Shown here piece by piece: positions 41,169 to 50,955 of a DNA stretch of 64,000 nt. The stretch lies in IMG/VR virus record IMGVR_UViG_3300023174_000062; one strand, given 5' to 3'. The notes beneath the pieces are model-generated. The model ran no database searches. It saw only the letters and a list, made by a program, of their open reading frames with translations, and was not told where the DNA came from. Each line of letters opens with the position of its first letter. The first letter of the stretch is position 1. Position numbers and translations under genes: made by a program. This DNA comes from a virus.

Positions 41169-41328
41169 AAACTGGCTAAAGATTGTTAACGACAAAAGAT
41201 CACCACAAAATCTCAAAGAAACTGCCGTCTTGCATTTGACTGAGATTCGTGCTATAATCGACAAGTCTTTAGGTACAACAATGAAGAAGCAAGGGCAACG
41301 CAAGTATGAGAATATGTCTACTAGGTGA
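41137..41328 (+). CDS. Small hypothetical protein (63 aa)
   Basis: ATG at 41137 with GGAG SD; bridges gp55 and gp47. Confidence 0.55.
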   Translation: MMQTPIPAQLENWLKIVNDKRSPQNLKETAVLHLTEIRAIIDKSLGTTMKKQGQRKYENMSTR

Positions 41329-42379
41329 TACGCACTTTGGTGTCAGAAATGATTCCAAAGCGTTTCATGCTTACTATGAAAAATTTTATAATGAAACATT
41401 CTTTCCAGAACTAAAACATCGTGGCGTAAGAACAATCATTCAACTCGGTGATTTATTTGATAGACGCAAGTACATCAACTTTCATTCGCTGATGGAAAGT
41501 CGCAGATACTTCTTTGACAGATGCGTTGAAGAAGGCATTACTCTTCATGCATTGATTGGCAATCACGATATCTTTTGGAAAGAAAGTCTTGAAGTTAATT
41601 CTCCAGACTTGTTGTTGAGAGACTATCATAACATTGTGCTATGGCAGAAACCTGGCACGATTGAAATTGATGGAATCAAAATCGATATGATACCATGGAT
41701 TTGCAAAAGCAATGAAGAAGAAATTTATGAGTTTGTAAAGAACACATCTTCTCCGTTATGCATGGGTCACTTTGAACTTGCTGGCTTCCCATTGTTCCGT
41801 GGTGTAGATAGCCATGAAGGACTTGACTATAAGTTTCTAAGCAACTATAATCATGTATACAGCGGACACTATCATACACCATCACAGCACGACAACATCA
41901 CGTATGTTGGTGCGCCATATGAATTGTTTTGGAATGACTACAAAGATAAAAAGCATTTTGGTATTTTAGATACCGAAACAATGAAAACAACATTCGTAGA
42001 GAATCCTCATCGAATGTTCTATAAGATAAATTATGATGATAATCAATTAAAGATTGAAGATTTGAAAGACTTAGATTTTTCTAAGTATGCAAATGCTTAT
42101 GTGAAAGTTGTTGTTTTGAATAAACAGGATCCTTATCTATTTGAAAAGTTGATAGATGAGATTTATAAGTTTGGTCCTGTAGATGTTACGATTGTTGAAG
42201 ACTTTACTGCATCGAATGAAGAAACTGATAGTGATATTATTGACCAAGCGCAAGATACTATGACAATTCTTTCTTCGTTCATTGATTCGCAAGGCCTAAA
42301 TATTTCAGACATAAACAAACTTAAAACATTAATGCGTGAACTTTATGTCGAAGCATTGAGTACCGAAAATTTAGAATAA
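41306..42379 (+). CDS. gp47: Recombination nuclease gp47 (Mre11/SbcD-like)
   Basis: GDTHFG, LGDLFD, GNHD, GHF, SGHYH phosphoesterase motifs. Confidence 0.95.
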   Translation: MRICLLGDTHFGVRNDSKAFHAYYEKFYNETFFPELKHRGVRTIIQLGDLFDRRKYINFHSLMESRRYFFDRCVEEGITLHALIGNHDIFWKESLEVNSPDLLLRDYHNIVLWQKPGTIEIDGIKIDMIPWICKSNEEEIYEFVKNTSSPLCMGHFELAGFPLFRGVDSHEGLDYKFLSNYNHVYSGHYHTPSQHDNITYVGAPYELFWNDYKDKKHFGILDTETMKTTFVENPHRMFYKINYDDNQLKIEDLKDLDFSKYANAYVKVVVLNKQDPYLFEKLIDEIYKFGPVDVTIVEDFTASNEETDSDIIDQAQDTMTILSSFIDSQGLNISDINKLKTLMRELYVEALSTENLE

Positions 42380-42392
42380 AGGATGGTAAAAT

Positions 42393-43037
42393 ATGAGTAA
42401 TTATAGCGGTGTGGTAAATCGACCACAAATTAGAGCCAACAGAATTTCTCCTTGGCTTTGGTGGGATGATGCATTTACTGATGATGAATTGAATCAGATA
42501 TGCGAACTGTCTTCTAAGAATTTAGAAGAGGCTAAAGTCTTTATGCCAAATAAAGAAACACCAGGAGCACCTGATTTTCCAAAAGCATTGCCTGATAAGA
42601 GAACATCTGAAATTAGTTTTAATTATGTGGATGATGACAATCGTTGGATATTTGAAAGAATCAATGGAGTTATTAATCATGTAAATTTTTCAGAATTTCA
42701 TTTTGATCTAAATGGATATGAAATGTATCAGTATGCAGAGTACAAGGCAGAGAATTCTGGTCACTATGTTTGGCATTCTGATTTACACATGAATGACCAT
42801 CTAACTCCAACAATGAGAAAGTTGTCTATTAGTTTGGTATTGAATGAGCCTGGAGTTGATTATGAAGGTGGAGACTTTCAGTTTATGAGATCAACACCAG
42901 AAAATTTAGAGACAGTTGAGTTTAAAAAAGGAAGAATGATATTGTTCCCTTCTTGGTTAACTCATCGTGTTACTCCAGTAACTAAAGGTGTTAGAAAGTC
43001 TGCTGTTATTTGGGTTTTAGGACCAAAATTTAGATAA
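42393..43037 (+). CDS. 2OG-Fe(II) oxygenase (prolyl-hydroxylase-like)
   Basis: HYVWHSD, RKLS.S..LN....YEGGDF, LFPSW..HRVTPVT.GVR.S.V.W. Confidence 0.9.
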   Translation: MSNYSGVVNRPQIRANRISPWLWWDDAFTDDELNQICELSSKNLEEAKVFMPNKETPGAPDFPKALPDKRTSEISFNYVDDDNRWIFERINGVINHVNFSEFHFDLNGYEMYQYAEYKAENSGHYVWHSDLHMNDHLTPTMRKLSISLVLNEPGVDYEGGDFQFMRSTPENLETVEFKKGRMILFPSWLTHRVTPVTKGVRKSAVIWVLGPKFR

Positions 43038-43045
43038 TTTTAAAG

Positions 43046-44758
43046 ATGATTATTTTTCGTAATTTGAAGTGGAAGAATTTCTTGTCAACAGGAAATTTTT
43101 TCACCGAGTTGAATTTAGATTCCAACAATACTACATTAATTGTTGGGTCTAATGGTTCAGGTAAGTCTACGATGCTTGATGCATTGTGCTTTGTGCTGTT
43201 CGGCAAACCATTTCGTAATATCAACAAAGGACAACTTGTCAACACAATCAATCAAAAAGATTGTACTGTTGAAATCGAATTCGACACAGGCAACAAGTCA
43301 TACAAAATCGTTCGTGGTATCAAACCAAACGTGTTTGAAATTTACTGCAATGGGCATCTAGTCAATCAAGATGCCGCAGTCAAAGACTATCAAGAACATC
43401 TAGAGAAATTCATTCTCAAACTCAACTACAAATCGTTTACTCAAATCGTTCTGTTGGGTTCAGCATCATTTACTCCATTCATGCAATTGTCTGCAAGCGA
43501 TAGACGTTCTATCATTGAAGACTTGTTGGACATTCAAATCTTCTCACGCATGAATAGTGTTCTCAAAGATAGATTTCTTTTGTTGAAAGAAAAACATTCG
43601 CAGTCAAAGTATGCAATAGACTTGAAAAGTGAAAAGATTCAGTATCAGATTCAGTTTATCGATTCGCTAAACAAGAACAATGCAACTCAAATTTTATCTA
43701 AACAACAAGACATTGCCAACACTCAATTACTGATTGCTGAGAGTGAAACTAAATGTGCGACAATACAAACAAGTCTGTCAGAAATGATTACACAAATTTC
43801 TGACAAATCTAAAGTCGATGCAAAGTTATCTAAGTTTAAAACTCTACAACAAAGTTTAGTAAAGACTCATAAAAAAATTGATACTGACATTGAGTTTTAT
43901 CATAACAATGATGATTGCCCTACATGCAAACAAACAATCGGTAATGAATATAAACTACACATTGTAGAAGAACGAAATAAAAAATTAGTTGAAGTTGATG
44001 ATGCATTGTCAAAAGTCAAAACTGAACTTGATGTTGTGAATGGTAGACTTACTGAGATTGAAACAATTGCCGAACAGATTCAAACATTGAATTCGCAGTT
44101 GACATTTGAACAGAGTGAGATTAGAGTTAATCAGAGACACATTGATAATATCAATAAAGAAATCGAAAGATTGAATTCTGTTAAAGATGATGTTACTGCT
44201 GAACAAGAAAAACTTGCAACGTTGAATGTGGAACTTGCAGAATTAGAATCTGAAATTAAAGTTATTGCCGAAGAACGATTATACTATGAAGTCGCAACAA
44301 ACTTATTAAAAGACACAGGTATCAAAACGAAAATCATTCGACAATATATACCAGTAATCAACAAGTTAGTTAATAAATATCTTGCGGCATTAGATTTCTT
44401 TGTGAACTTTAATTTGGATGAATCTTTCAAAGAAACAATTAAGTCTCGCCATCGTGATGACTTTACATATGCATCATTCAGCGAAGGTGAAAAGCAACGT
44501 ATTGATATGGCATTGATGTTGACATGGCGTGCTGTTGCTAAGTTGAAGAACTCGGCAAGCACAAACATATTGATACTTGATGAGATTTTTGATTCGTCAT
44601 TAGATACGAATGGTACAGAAGACTTAATGAAAATTCTAAACATGCTTGAAGGTTCTAATTTGTTTGTCATATCACACAAAGGTGATATTCTGCAAGACAA
44701 GTTTGCTAACGTGATTAGGTTTGAAAAGGTCAATAATTTTTCAAGGATAACAAAATGA
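43046..44758 (+). CDS. gp46: Recombination ATPase gp46 (Rad50/SbcC-like)
   Basis: GSNGSGKST; CPTC hook; FSEGEKQRID signature; ILDEIFDSSLD. Confidence 0.96.
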   Translation: MIIFRNLKWKNFLSTGNFFTELNLDSNNTTLIVGSNGSGKSTMLDALCFVLFGKPFRNINKGQLVNTINQKDCTVEIEFDTGNKSYKIVRGIKPNVFEIYCNGHLVNQDAAVKDYQEHLEKFILKLNYKSFTQIVLLGSASFTPFMQLSASDRRSIIEDLLDIQIFSRMNSVLKDRFLLLKEKHSQSKYAIDLKSEKIQYQIQFIDSLNKNNATQILSKQQDIANTQLLIAESETKCATIQTSLSEMITQISDKSKVDAKLSKFKTLQQSLVKTHKKIDTDIEFYHNNDDCPTCKQTIGNEYKLHIVEERNKKLVEVDDALSKVKTELDVVNGRLTEIETIAEQIQTLNSQLTFEQSEIRVNQRHIDNINKEIERLNSVKDDVTAEQEKLATLNVELAELESEIKVIAEERLYYEVATNLLKDTGIKTKIIRQYIPVINKLVNKYLAALDFFVNFNLDESFKETIKSRHRDDFTYASFSEGEKQRIDMALMLTWRAVAKLKNSASTNILILDEIFDSSLDTNGTEDLMKILNMLEGSNLFVISHKGDILQDKFANVIRFEKVNNFSRITK

Positions 44759-44943
44759 AAATATTGAGTGAATATTTTGGAGACGAAATTGATAGACATG
44801 CAGAAATATACTTTGATGAAAACTTTTTCAAAGTTAGGGTAAGAAACGAACTTGGTTCTTATTTTGTTGCATTTTTTAATAATCTTGATGAAGCAGAAAA
44901 CTTTGCAGAAAATTATGTAAGAGGAGAAACAAATGAACCTTGA
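44755..44943 (+). CDS. Small hypothetical protein
   Basis: Coupled ORF ending EAENFAENYV. Confidence 0.6.
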   Translation: MKILSEYFGDEIDRHAEIYFDENFFKVRVRNELGSYFVAFFNNLDEAENFAENYVRGETNEP

Positions 44944-45436
44944 ATTCGTACCAGAAACATCATCAGTTCTTTTAAGTGAATGTGATGATTTTGATTTTAA
45001 TAATCCTCCATACGATCCCAAAGAACTCGCACAAGCGTTACACGATAAAATGGTAGAGAGTGATGGACTTGGATTATCAGCAAATCAAGTTGGAATTCCA
45101 TATCGTGTTTTTGTTATGAGGACAGGTGATGAACCTTTTGCAATTTTTAATCCTAAAATTGTAGACGTATCAGATAGAGAACTTGTAATGAAAGAAGGCT
45201 GTTTAAGTTTTCCATTATTGTATTTGAATGTTAAACGTCCAGATGGCGTTCGCATTCGCTATCAAAAAGAAGATGGAAGCACCACAACCGAAAAGTTTAT
45301 TGGTATGACTGCCAGAATTGCATTGCACGAATTTGACCACATGATTGGAAAAGTGTATACTCAAAAGGCTTCACAATTTGAAACTCAACGTGCATTACGT
45401 AAACGCATGATTCTAAAACGTAAGGTAAAAAAATGA
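44933..45436 (+). CDS. def: Peptide deformylase
   Basis: GLGLSANQVG, EGCLS, HEFDH motifs. Confidence 0.95.
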   Translation: MNLEFVPETSSVLLSECDDFDFNNPPYDPKELAQALHDKMVESDGLGLSANQVGIPYRVFVMRTGDEPFAIFNPKIVDVSDRELVMKEGCLSFPLLYLNVKRPDGVRIRYQKEDGSTTTEKFIGMTARIALHEFDHMIGKVYTQKASQFETQRALRKRMILKRKVKK

Positions 45437-45792
45437 GTGAAGATATGGTAGCGATGCGAGACAAGTACTGGTGGGAACATTATCCGTTGCATCAATTGTG
45501 GTGTAATGATTTGTGTCCATTGGTACCACGATTTGAATATCGTAAAGGCGATGAATACAACGCAAATAACTGGTCGTTACATTGGTTGTTTCTTCATGTG
45601 TGGACGATGGAACATTTTTCATTTGGTCTAGACGCAGGTCTAAGTTTTGATGAAATCTATGTTGGTGCTATTGTTCCTTGGTTTCGTATTACATTTGGAA
45701 TTCGTCATGCACACTCACAATTAGGATGGAAAATTTCTAGAATGCTACGCAGGCGATCAGCACTAAAGAATGAAAACGGTGAATACAATTAA
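45433..45792 (+). CDS. Hypothetical Trp-rich protein
   Basis: ATGA-coupled ORF. Confidence 0.5.
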   Translation: MSEDMVAMRDKYWWEHYPLHQLWCNDLCPLVPRFEYRKGDEYNANNWSLHWLFLHVWTMEHFSFGLDAGLSFDEIYVGAIVPWFRITFGIRHAHSQLGWKISRMLRRRSALKNENGEYN

Positions 45793-45800
45793 ATTGGGGG

Positions 45801-46265
45801 ATGAATATTATGAGTAACATGACACGACACGCAGAACACGAACTTGACATTATCGGAATGACTGATGATGATGAAATGAATGGAATGATGCGAAAGCATA
45901 TTCTTCACATGATAGAAGAGTTTGCCGAAGAAGGACATAGTGGATTCTCAGCAAGTTATGCCATTCAATGTTTAGAAAAACTTTTGCGCTTTGAACCTTT
46001 GTCTCCTTTACAGGGTACAGATGATGAATGGGAAGATGTAGCAAGTATAAACGGTTCGCCTACGTGGCAGAACAAAAGATGTAGTAGAGTATTTAAAGAT
46101 GAAACAGGCGCATATGATATTAATGGAAAAGTTTTCTGGGAATGGTATACAGATGAAAATGGTGAAAAATTCAAATCGTATTTCACCGGACGTGAAAGCA
46201 GAGTTTATGTTACATTCCCGTATGTACCTACAACTGTCTACGAAGAAAGCGTTGCAGAGTCGTGA
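45801..46265 (+). CDS. Conserved phage hypothetical protein
   Basis: F..EGHSGFSA; PLSPL.G.DDEW; QNKRCSRVFK. Confidence 0.6.
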   Translation: MNIMSNMTRHAEHELDIIGMTDDDEMNGMMRKHILHMIEEFAEEGHSGFSASYAIQCLEKLLRFEPLSPLQGTDDEWEDVASINGSPTWQNKRCSRVFKDETGAYDINGKVFWEWYTDENGEKFKSYFTGRESRVYVTFPYVPTTVYEESVAES

Positions 46266-46486
46266 AAAAGTATAATTGTTGGTGCTACAACTGCTTGGAC
46301 GAATTACAAGATCCGGTAACAATGTTGCCGCTGACAATGAACATGTTTATTGTATGTCCTAGTTGTGGAAATAAACGTTGCCCGAGAGCAACTTGGCATG
46401 GATTAGAATGTACAAATAGTAATGAACCTGGACAAGAAGGGAGTAGATATGGCAATAGCGCAGGCGTTCAATTTCAATCAAAATAA
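46262..46486 (+). CDS. Small Cys-rich (Zn-binding) protein
   Basis: CWCYNC ... CPSCGNKRCP...H...C...N.PGQ.GS.Y. Confidence 0.6.
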   Translation: MKKYNCWCYNCLDELQDPVTMLPLTMNMFIVCPSCGNKRCPRATWHGLECTNSNEPGQEGSRYGNSAGVQFQSK

Positions 46487-46784
46487 TCCTACAGATTTTT
46501 TTCCCAACGCAGACATAAACATACACGAATATGCAATTCAAGGTAAGATGATTGTCGCATCGTGTAGGATTAGCAGTTCACAAACTATTGGAATGACAGC
46601 AGATGTTAAAGATAAAATCAGAACAGAATTGATTCATCAGATTGCAGATTACGTTCTACAAAACAACTTAGTAGAATTTACCCAAATTAAAGATCCGATA
46701 ACATTAGACTTACTTGTTAAGGCACGGTGTTTTATGGCACCAAATGACAATGTACAAATTTTAAGAAGCCTACATAAAGTATAA
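46449..46784 (+). CDS. Hypothetical protein
   Basis: ATG at 46449 preceded by AAGGGAG. Confidence 0.5.
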   Translation: MAIAQAFNFNQNNPTDFFPNADINIHEYAIQGKMIVASCRISSSQTIGMTADVKDKIRTELIHQIADYVLQNNLVEFTQIKDPITLDLLVKARCFMAPNDNVQILRSLHKV

Positions 46785-46798
46785 TAGTGGAGAATGAA

Positions 46799-47899
46799 AT
46801 GAAACCTTGGCAACATGGATACGATATAGACTATCTTAAAGGACTTGAAGCGCAGTATGCAGACTACAATGCATATACGTTATCTCCTTTTGCGAAGTAT
46901 AAGAAGAATAACATTGCTGAGTCTTTGAAAAAAGGAACTCTTGTTTTGCTTGGTGATGCAATGATTGATGTAACAGTAAACAAAGTTGCGTCAGACATTA
47001 CAATGCATGGCGACACAGTTATTGCAACAAAATTAAAAGGTGATGTTACAATTGGAAAATTAGTTGGTGATCTCAATGCTATTGAGAAACAAATCAATAC
47101 ATTGTCCGGATCAAACTTTTGGCTATATGTGTGGGCAGAAAACAAAACACATTGTGATTTAGCAGAACAATTAGGATTCTGTTATGTTGGTCCTAAGATT
47201 ACAACCTATGGTGAAGTCTATGCAATTTACTATAAAGGCACAGGCATACCAAGATCATTTCCTAAAGTTGATCCAGCAGAATATTTGAGTATTAAAAAAG
47301 TTGGAAATTTGAACTTAGATTTCATTCAAAAAGTTTATGATAAATTAAATAAACTTCCTGAATTTACAAATCACTACAGCAATTATAACAAAGATAAAGC
47401 ATGGTCTGCATTGTCTTTACGTGGTTACACTAGAGATCCAGCATTCATTACAAAACCATCTGAGATGAATGATAAATGGAAAGAAGAAAACAAAGATAAC
47501 GTGTTTGGTTTAATTGATACGCCATTGTATGAGATGTTTCCCGAAGTGCGTGAATTTGTTGAACAATTGGGTAAAGAAGTGCATCGTGTTCGATTTATGC
47601 GTTTGAAACCAGGTGGTGGAGAACTTGAACGACATACGGATCAAGTTGATTCTGATTCTGGTGGTTCGAAAGGAAAACTTGCACGTATTCATGTACCAAT
47701 TAAAACAAATGATGACGTTATATTTACTGTTTGGAATACCAGAGGTGTTGCTGAAAAGGTAAACATGAAAGTTGGTGAGTATTGGTTTTTAGACACACGC
47801 AAACCACACCAAGCAATCAATGGTGGAACTGAAGAAAGAATTCATTTAGTAATTGACGTAGTGTCAGAAGGAAATTTATATGAGTCGCTTGTATCCTGA
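46799..47899 (+). CDS. Fusion: degenerate GNAT-like domain plus aspartyl/asparaginyl beta-hydroxylase-type 2OG-Fe(II) dioxygenase
   Basis: N-half WLYVWAENK...AEQLGF.YVG resembles GNAT motif B; C-half RFMRLKPGG..ERHTD, RIHVPI.TN, LDTRKPH.AIN.G.EERIHLVID. Hydroxylase well supported, GNAT tentative. Confidence 0.7.
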   Translation: MKPWQHGYDIDYLKGLEAQYADYNAYTLSPFAKYKKNNIAESLKKGTLVLLGDAMIDVTVNKVASDITMHGDTVIATKLKGDVTIGKLVGDLNAIEKQINTLSGSNFWLYVWAENKTHCDLAEQLGFCYVGPKITTYGEVYAIYYKGTGIPRSFPKVDPAEYLSIKKVGNLNLDFIQKVYDKLNKLPEFTNHYSNYNKDKAWSALSLRGYTRDPAFITKPSEMNDKWKEENKDNVFGLIDTPLYEMFPEVREFVEQLGKEVHRVRFMRLKPGGGELERHTDQVDSDSGGSKGKLARIHVPIKTNDDVIFTVWNTRGVAEKVNMKVGEYWFLDTRKPHQAINGGTEERIHLVIDVVSEGNLYESLVS

Positions 47900-48644
47900 A
47901 GATGTTTCTGATATAATCAAAGATTGGAAAGACCCAAACCCTGCACCAATAGTTGAAATGCACAATGGCTTTTATGTTGTACGTGATGACTTATTAGAGT
48001 ATGGAAGTAAAAGTCGATTTATTGACCATCTAGTAAAAACTACTGAGTGTGATGAATGGGTCTTTGGTGGCGCAAACAAAGTTGGTTGGGGTCCTATATC
48101 ATTAACGCATGTGTGCAATCTGTATGGAAAAAAAGCAACGTTCTTCATGGCTAAACGCAAAGAGCCTACGTGGCATCAGCAAAGAGTGCTTGACCTTGGG
48201 GGTACAATTCATTGGGTTGACAATGGTATGCTTACTGTGACAAAAGCAAAAGCAAGACGTTATCAAGAAGAAGACACAAAGCGCAGACAATGTTTGCCTT
48301 TAGGGTTAGAACATCCATCTGTGCTTGCATCGATTGTTAAAGTTGCAAGAGATTTGAAAATCAAACCAACAGAGATTTGGACTGTTGCATCAAGCGGAAC
48401 ATTGAATCGTGGATTGCAAATGGCATTTCCCGATGTGCCTGCGTATGCAGTAGAAATTGGACATAAGATGAGTGACTACGAAAAAGGTCGTGCTATCACT
48501 ATGCGTTCACCATATAAGTATGACCAAGTAGTTGAAGAGAGTCAAGCACCACCATATCCATCTGAGAAATACTACGATGCTAAACTTTGGCAGTTTGTAG
48601 TGAGTAGTGGGAAACCAGGCGCACTAATCTGGAATGTAGCGTAA
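47880..48644 (+). CDS. PLP-dependent enzyme, fold type II (TrpB/ACC-deaminase-like)
   Basis: VVRDDLL..GSK.R Schiff-base Lys motif; IWTVASSGTLNRGL phosphate loop; YDAKLW; LIWNVA. Confidence 0.8.
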   Translation: MSRLYPEDVSDIIKDWKDPNPAPIVEMHNGFYVVRDDLLEYGSKSRFIDHLVKTTECDEWVFGGANKVGWGPISLTHVCNLYGKKATFFMAKRKEPTWHQQRVLDLGGTIHWVDNGMLTVTKAKARRYQEEDTKRRQCLPLGLEHPSVLASIVKVARDLKIKPTEIWTVASSGTLNRGLQMAFPDVPAYAVEIGHKMSDYEKGRAITMRSPYKYDQVVEESQAPPYPSEKYYDAKLWQFVVSSGKPGALIWNVA

Positions 48645-48667
48645 TCAATATTCAAAGGAGTCGAAAC

Positions 48668-48925
48668 ATGAGTACAGAAGAAGATAAATTTAAACATTCT
48701 AAACGAATCCTTAAAGATGAAAATGCAATACGAAAGCAATTGAAAATTGCAAAAGCATATAACATACCAGTTGAGAATCCACACGAACTTGCTAAACATC
48801 ATGCTATGAACTGTGGAAATCCTAATTGTGTGATGTGTGCAAATCCTAGAAAAGTATGGAAAGAAAAAACGATTCAAGAAAAACGTTTTGAACAGACTGA
48901 AAAGTACAAAGAAGAAAATGATTAA
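48668..48925 (+). CDS. Small basic hypothetical protein
   Basis: KHHAMNCGNPNCVMCANPRK; strong SD AAGGAG. Confidence 0.6.
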   Translation: MSTEEDKFKHSKRILKDENAIRKQLKIAKAYNIPVENPHELAKHHAMNCGNPNCVMCANPRKVWKEKTIQEKRFEQTEKYKEEND

Positions 48926-49379
48926 AGAGAAATATCTTGGCGCATACATGAAGACTGCAAGAGTCTTTGCTGAATTGAGTACTGCTAGACGTAAACAAGT
49001 TGGTGCGGTTGTCGTTAAAGATGATCGCATCATATCAATTGGTTACAATGGTATGCCAAGTGGATGGGATAATAATTGTGAAGACATGTTTATTATCCAA
49101 GATGAAATTTCTACTGGTGTGTACTCTCTAACCAAAAGAACAGAACTTAAAACAAAACCTGAAGTTCTCCATGCAGAGTCTAATGCAATTGCCAAACTAG
49201 CAAAGTCTACCGAGAGTGGTGATGGTGCAAGTATGTTTATTACTTGCGCTCCATGCATGGATTGTGCTAAAATGATATTTCAAAGCGGTATCAAAGAAGT
49301 ATTTTACGGTGAAGACTACCGTGATGATGCTGGTATTCGTTTCCTAAATAAATGCGGAATAACTGTAAAACAAATATAA
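48918..49379 (+). CDS. cd: dCMP deaminase
   Basis: VGAVVV..RIISIGYNG.PSG; HAESNAI; PCMDC zinc motifs. Confidence 0.93.
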   Translation: MIKEKYLGAYMKTARVFAELSTARRKQVGAVVVKDDRIISIGYNGMPSGWDNNCEDMFIIQDEISTGVYSLTKRTELKTKPEVLHAESNAIAKLAKSTESGDGASMFITCAPCMDCAKMIFQSGIKEVFYGEDYRDDAGIRFLNKCGITVKQI

Positions 49380-49380
49380 T

Positions 49381-50955
49381 ATGACAAAACATTTTTATGA
49401 ACGTAATGATTGGTTGTTGAACCACGAAACAAACAAGACATTTGAAGAAGTGCAATGGATGACTGAAGACGAATTTCGTCAATGGTTCATCGATTTGCGT
49501 AAAGCAGTCGTACACTCATGGGACACTATGGGTCAGCCACCAAGAGTTGGTTGGGATGAAGATGCAATCAAAAAACAATTCAAAGAGATGTATGGATTTC
49601 CTGTGCATGAGTTTGAACACGTTGACGAATTGACTGGTGAGAAAGATGTAATTCGAAACACTAGCGTAGTTGGCAATGCGGCTAATCAATGGTTCCCGAC
49701 TATGATGAAGACACGCATTAACTATACGAAGAATGATGATGGGCTTTCAATCTATGACCACTTTCTAAAAGATGAATTGCTTGAGAAGACATTGAAGTAT
49801 TCCAAACGACACTTCAAGCGTGATTCGTTCTATGCATATTCAAATACAATTAAAGTCAATGAGATTATCAGCGTTGGTTCTTACAATGTCAAATTTAAGA
49901 ATGGCAATGACTTTGTTCGTTGGTTTGAAGACAACAACATTCGACAATATGGTTATGACTATTGGGTAGAGAGTCGTGACGATGACGAAGAGTATAGTGG
50001 CTACAATGAAAAACTTAAAGATGCAAAGTATCTTGAAGTGACACAAGATATTCTAGAGACAATTCCATCTAAGTCTACAATGAACATAAAGTCGCATGAC
50101 CAGAAGAAGTATCGTCTGCGTATGTACAAGTATGGACAAAAGATTTTTCCTGTCGGCTTAAAAGCATTCCGTGTATCGTGGTGCCAATATGCTGTTAACT
50201 TCCCACCATTGACTGCAAAACTACTTTATGAAAAATTTACTCGACACGTTAAGAACCAAGATAGAATTGTTGTTTACGATCCCTCTTCTGGTTGGGGTGG
50301 GCGTATTTTGGGTGCTATGGCTTCTCGCACTTCTCTTCCTTTACACTATGTGGGTACTGATCCTAATACCGATCACACTATTAATGGCGATGGCGGCACT
50401 ACTAGTACTAAATATGCCGACTTGGCTAATTTCTATAACTCCTCAAAGAACGAAGGAGTTTTGTTTGAACAGTCCAACACTTATGAAATTTTTCAACTTG
50501 GTTCAGAAGTTGTCAGAGATGATAGTTCGTTCCAAAAGTACAAGGGCGAATTAGACATGGTGTTCACTAGCCCTCCTTACTTTGCTAAGGAAGCGTATAG
50601 TGAAGATCCAACGCAATCGTATAAAAAGTTTACTGGCTATGATGCATGGCGTGAAGGCTTCTTACGTCCAACGCTAGAAACTGCTGTTGAGTATTTGCGT
50701 AATGACAGATATCTACTTTGGAATATTGCTGACGCTAAGTTTGGTGCTGACATGTTGCCACTTGAAAAAGATAGCAAAGACATTTTGGAATCACTCGGTA
50801 TGCAATTCAAAGGTGTCGTTAAAATGGCACTAGCACAAATGCCAGGCGGCAATCGTATTGACCCTGATACTGGTTTACCTAAAGCAAAAAACTTTTGCAA
50901 AGTAAACGGGATGTGGTTGAAGTATGAACCAATCTTTGTATTTTACAAGCCATGA
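49381..50955 (+). CDS. SAM-dependent DNA amino-methyltransferase-like protein (N4-C/N6-A type) with long N-terminal extension
   Basis: NFPP..AK..YE (motif X), YDPSSGWGGR (motif I), YVGTDPN, DMVFTSPPYF (motif IV). Confidence 0.85.
   Translation: MTKHFYERNDWLLNHETNKTFEEVQWMTEDEFRQWFIDLRKAVVHSWDTMGQPPRVGWDEDAIKKQFKEMYGFPVHEFEHVDELTGEKDVIRNTSVVGNAANQWFPTMMKTRINYTKNDDGLSIYDHFLKDELLEKTLKYSKRHFKRDSFYAYSNTIKVNEIISVGSYNVKFKNGNDFVRWFEDNNIRQYGYDYWVESRDDDEEYSGYNEKLKDAKYLEVTQDILETIPSKSTMNIKSHDQKKYRLRMYKYGQKIFPVGLKAFRVSWCQYAVNFPPLTAKLLYEKFTRHVKNQDRIVVYDPSSGWGGRILGAMASRTSLPLHYVGTDPNTDHTINGDGGTTSTKYADLANFYNSSKNEGVLFEQSNTYEIFQLGSEVVRDDSSFQKYKGELDMVFTSPPYFAKEAYSEDPTQSYKKFTGYDAWREGFLRPTLETAVEYLRNDRYLLWNIADAKFGADMLPLEKDSKDILESLGMQFKGVVKMALAQMPGGNRIDPDTGLPKAKNFCKVNGMWLKYEPIFVFYKP

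Noticed and set aside
26452-44758. Introns, inteins or homing endonucleases in terminase, portal, capsid, uvsW, gp46
   Set aside because: All have normal lengths and uninterrupted frames; no LAGLIDADG/GIY-YIG/HNH ORFs seen
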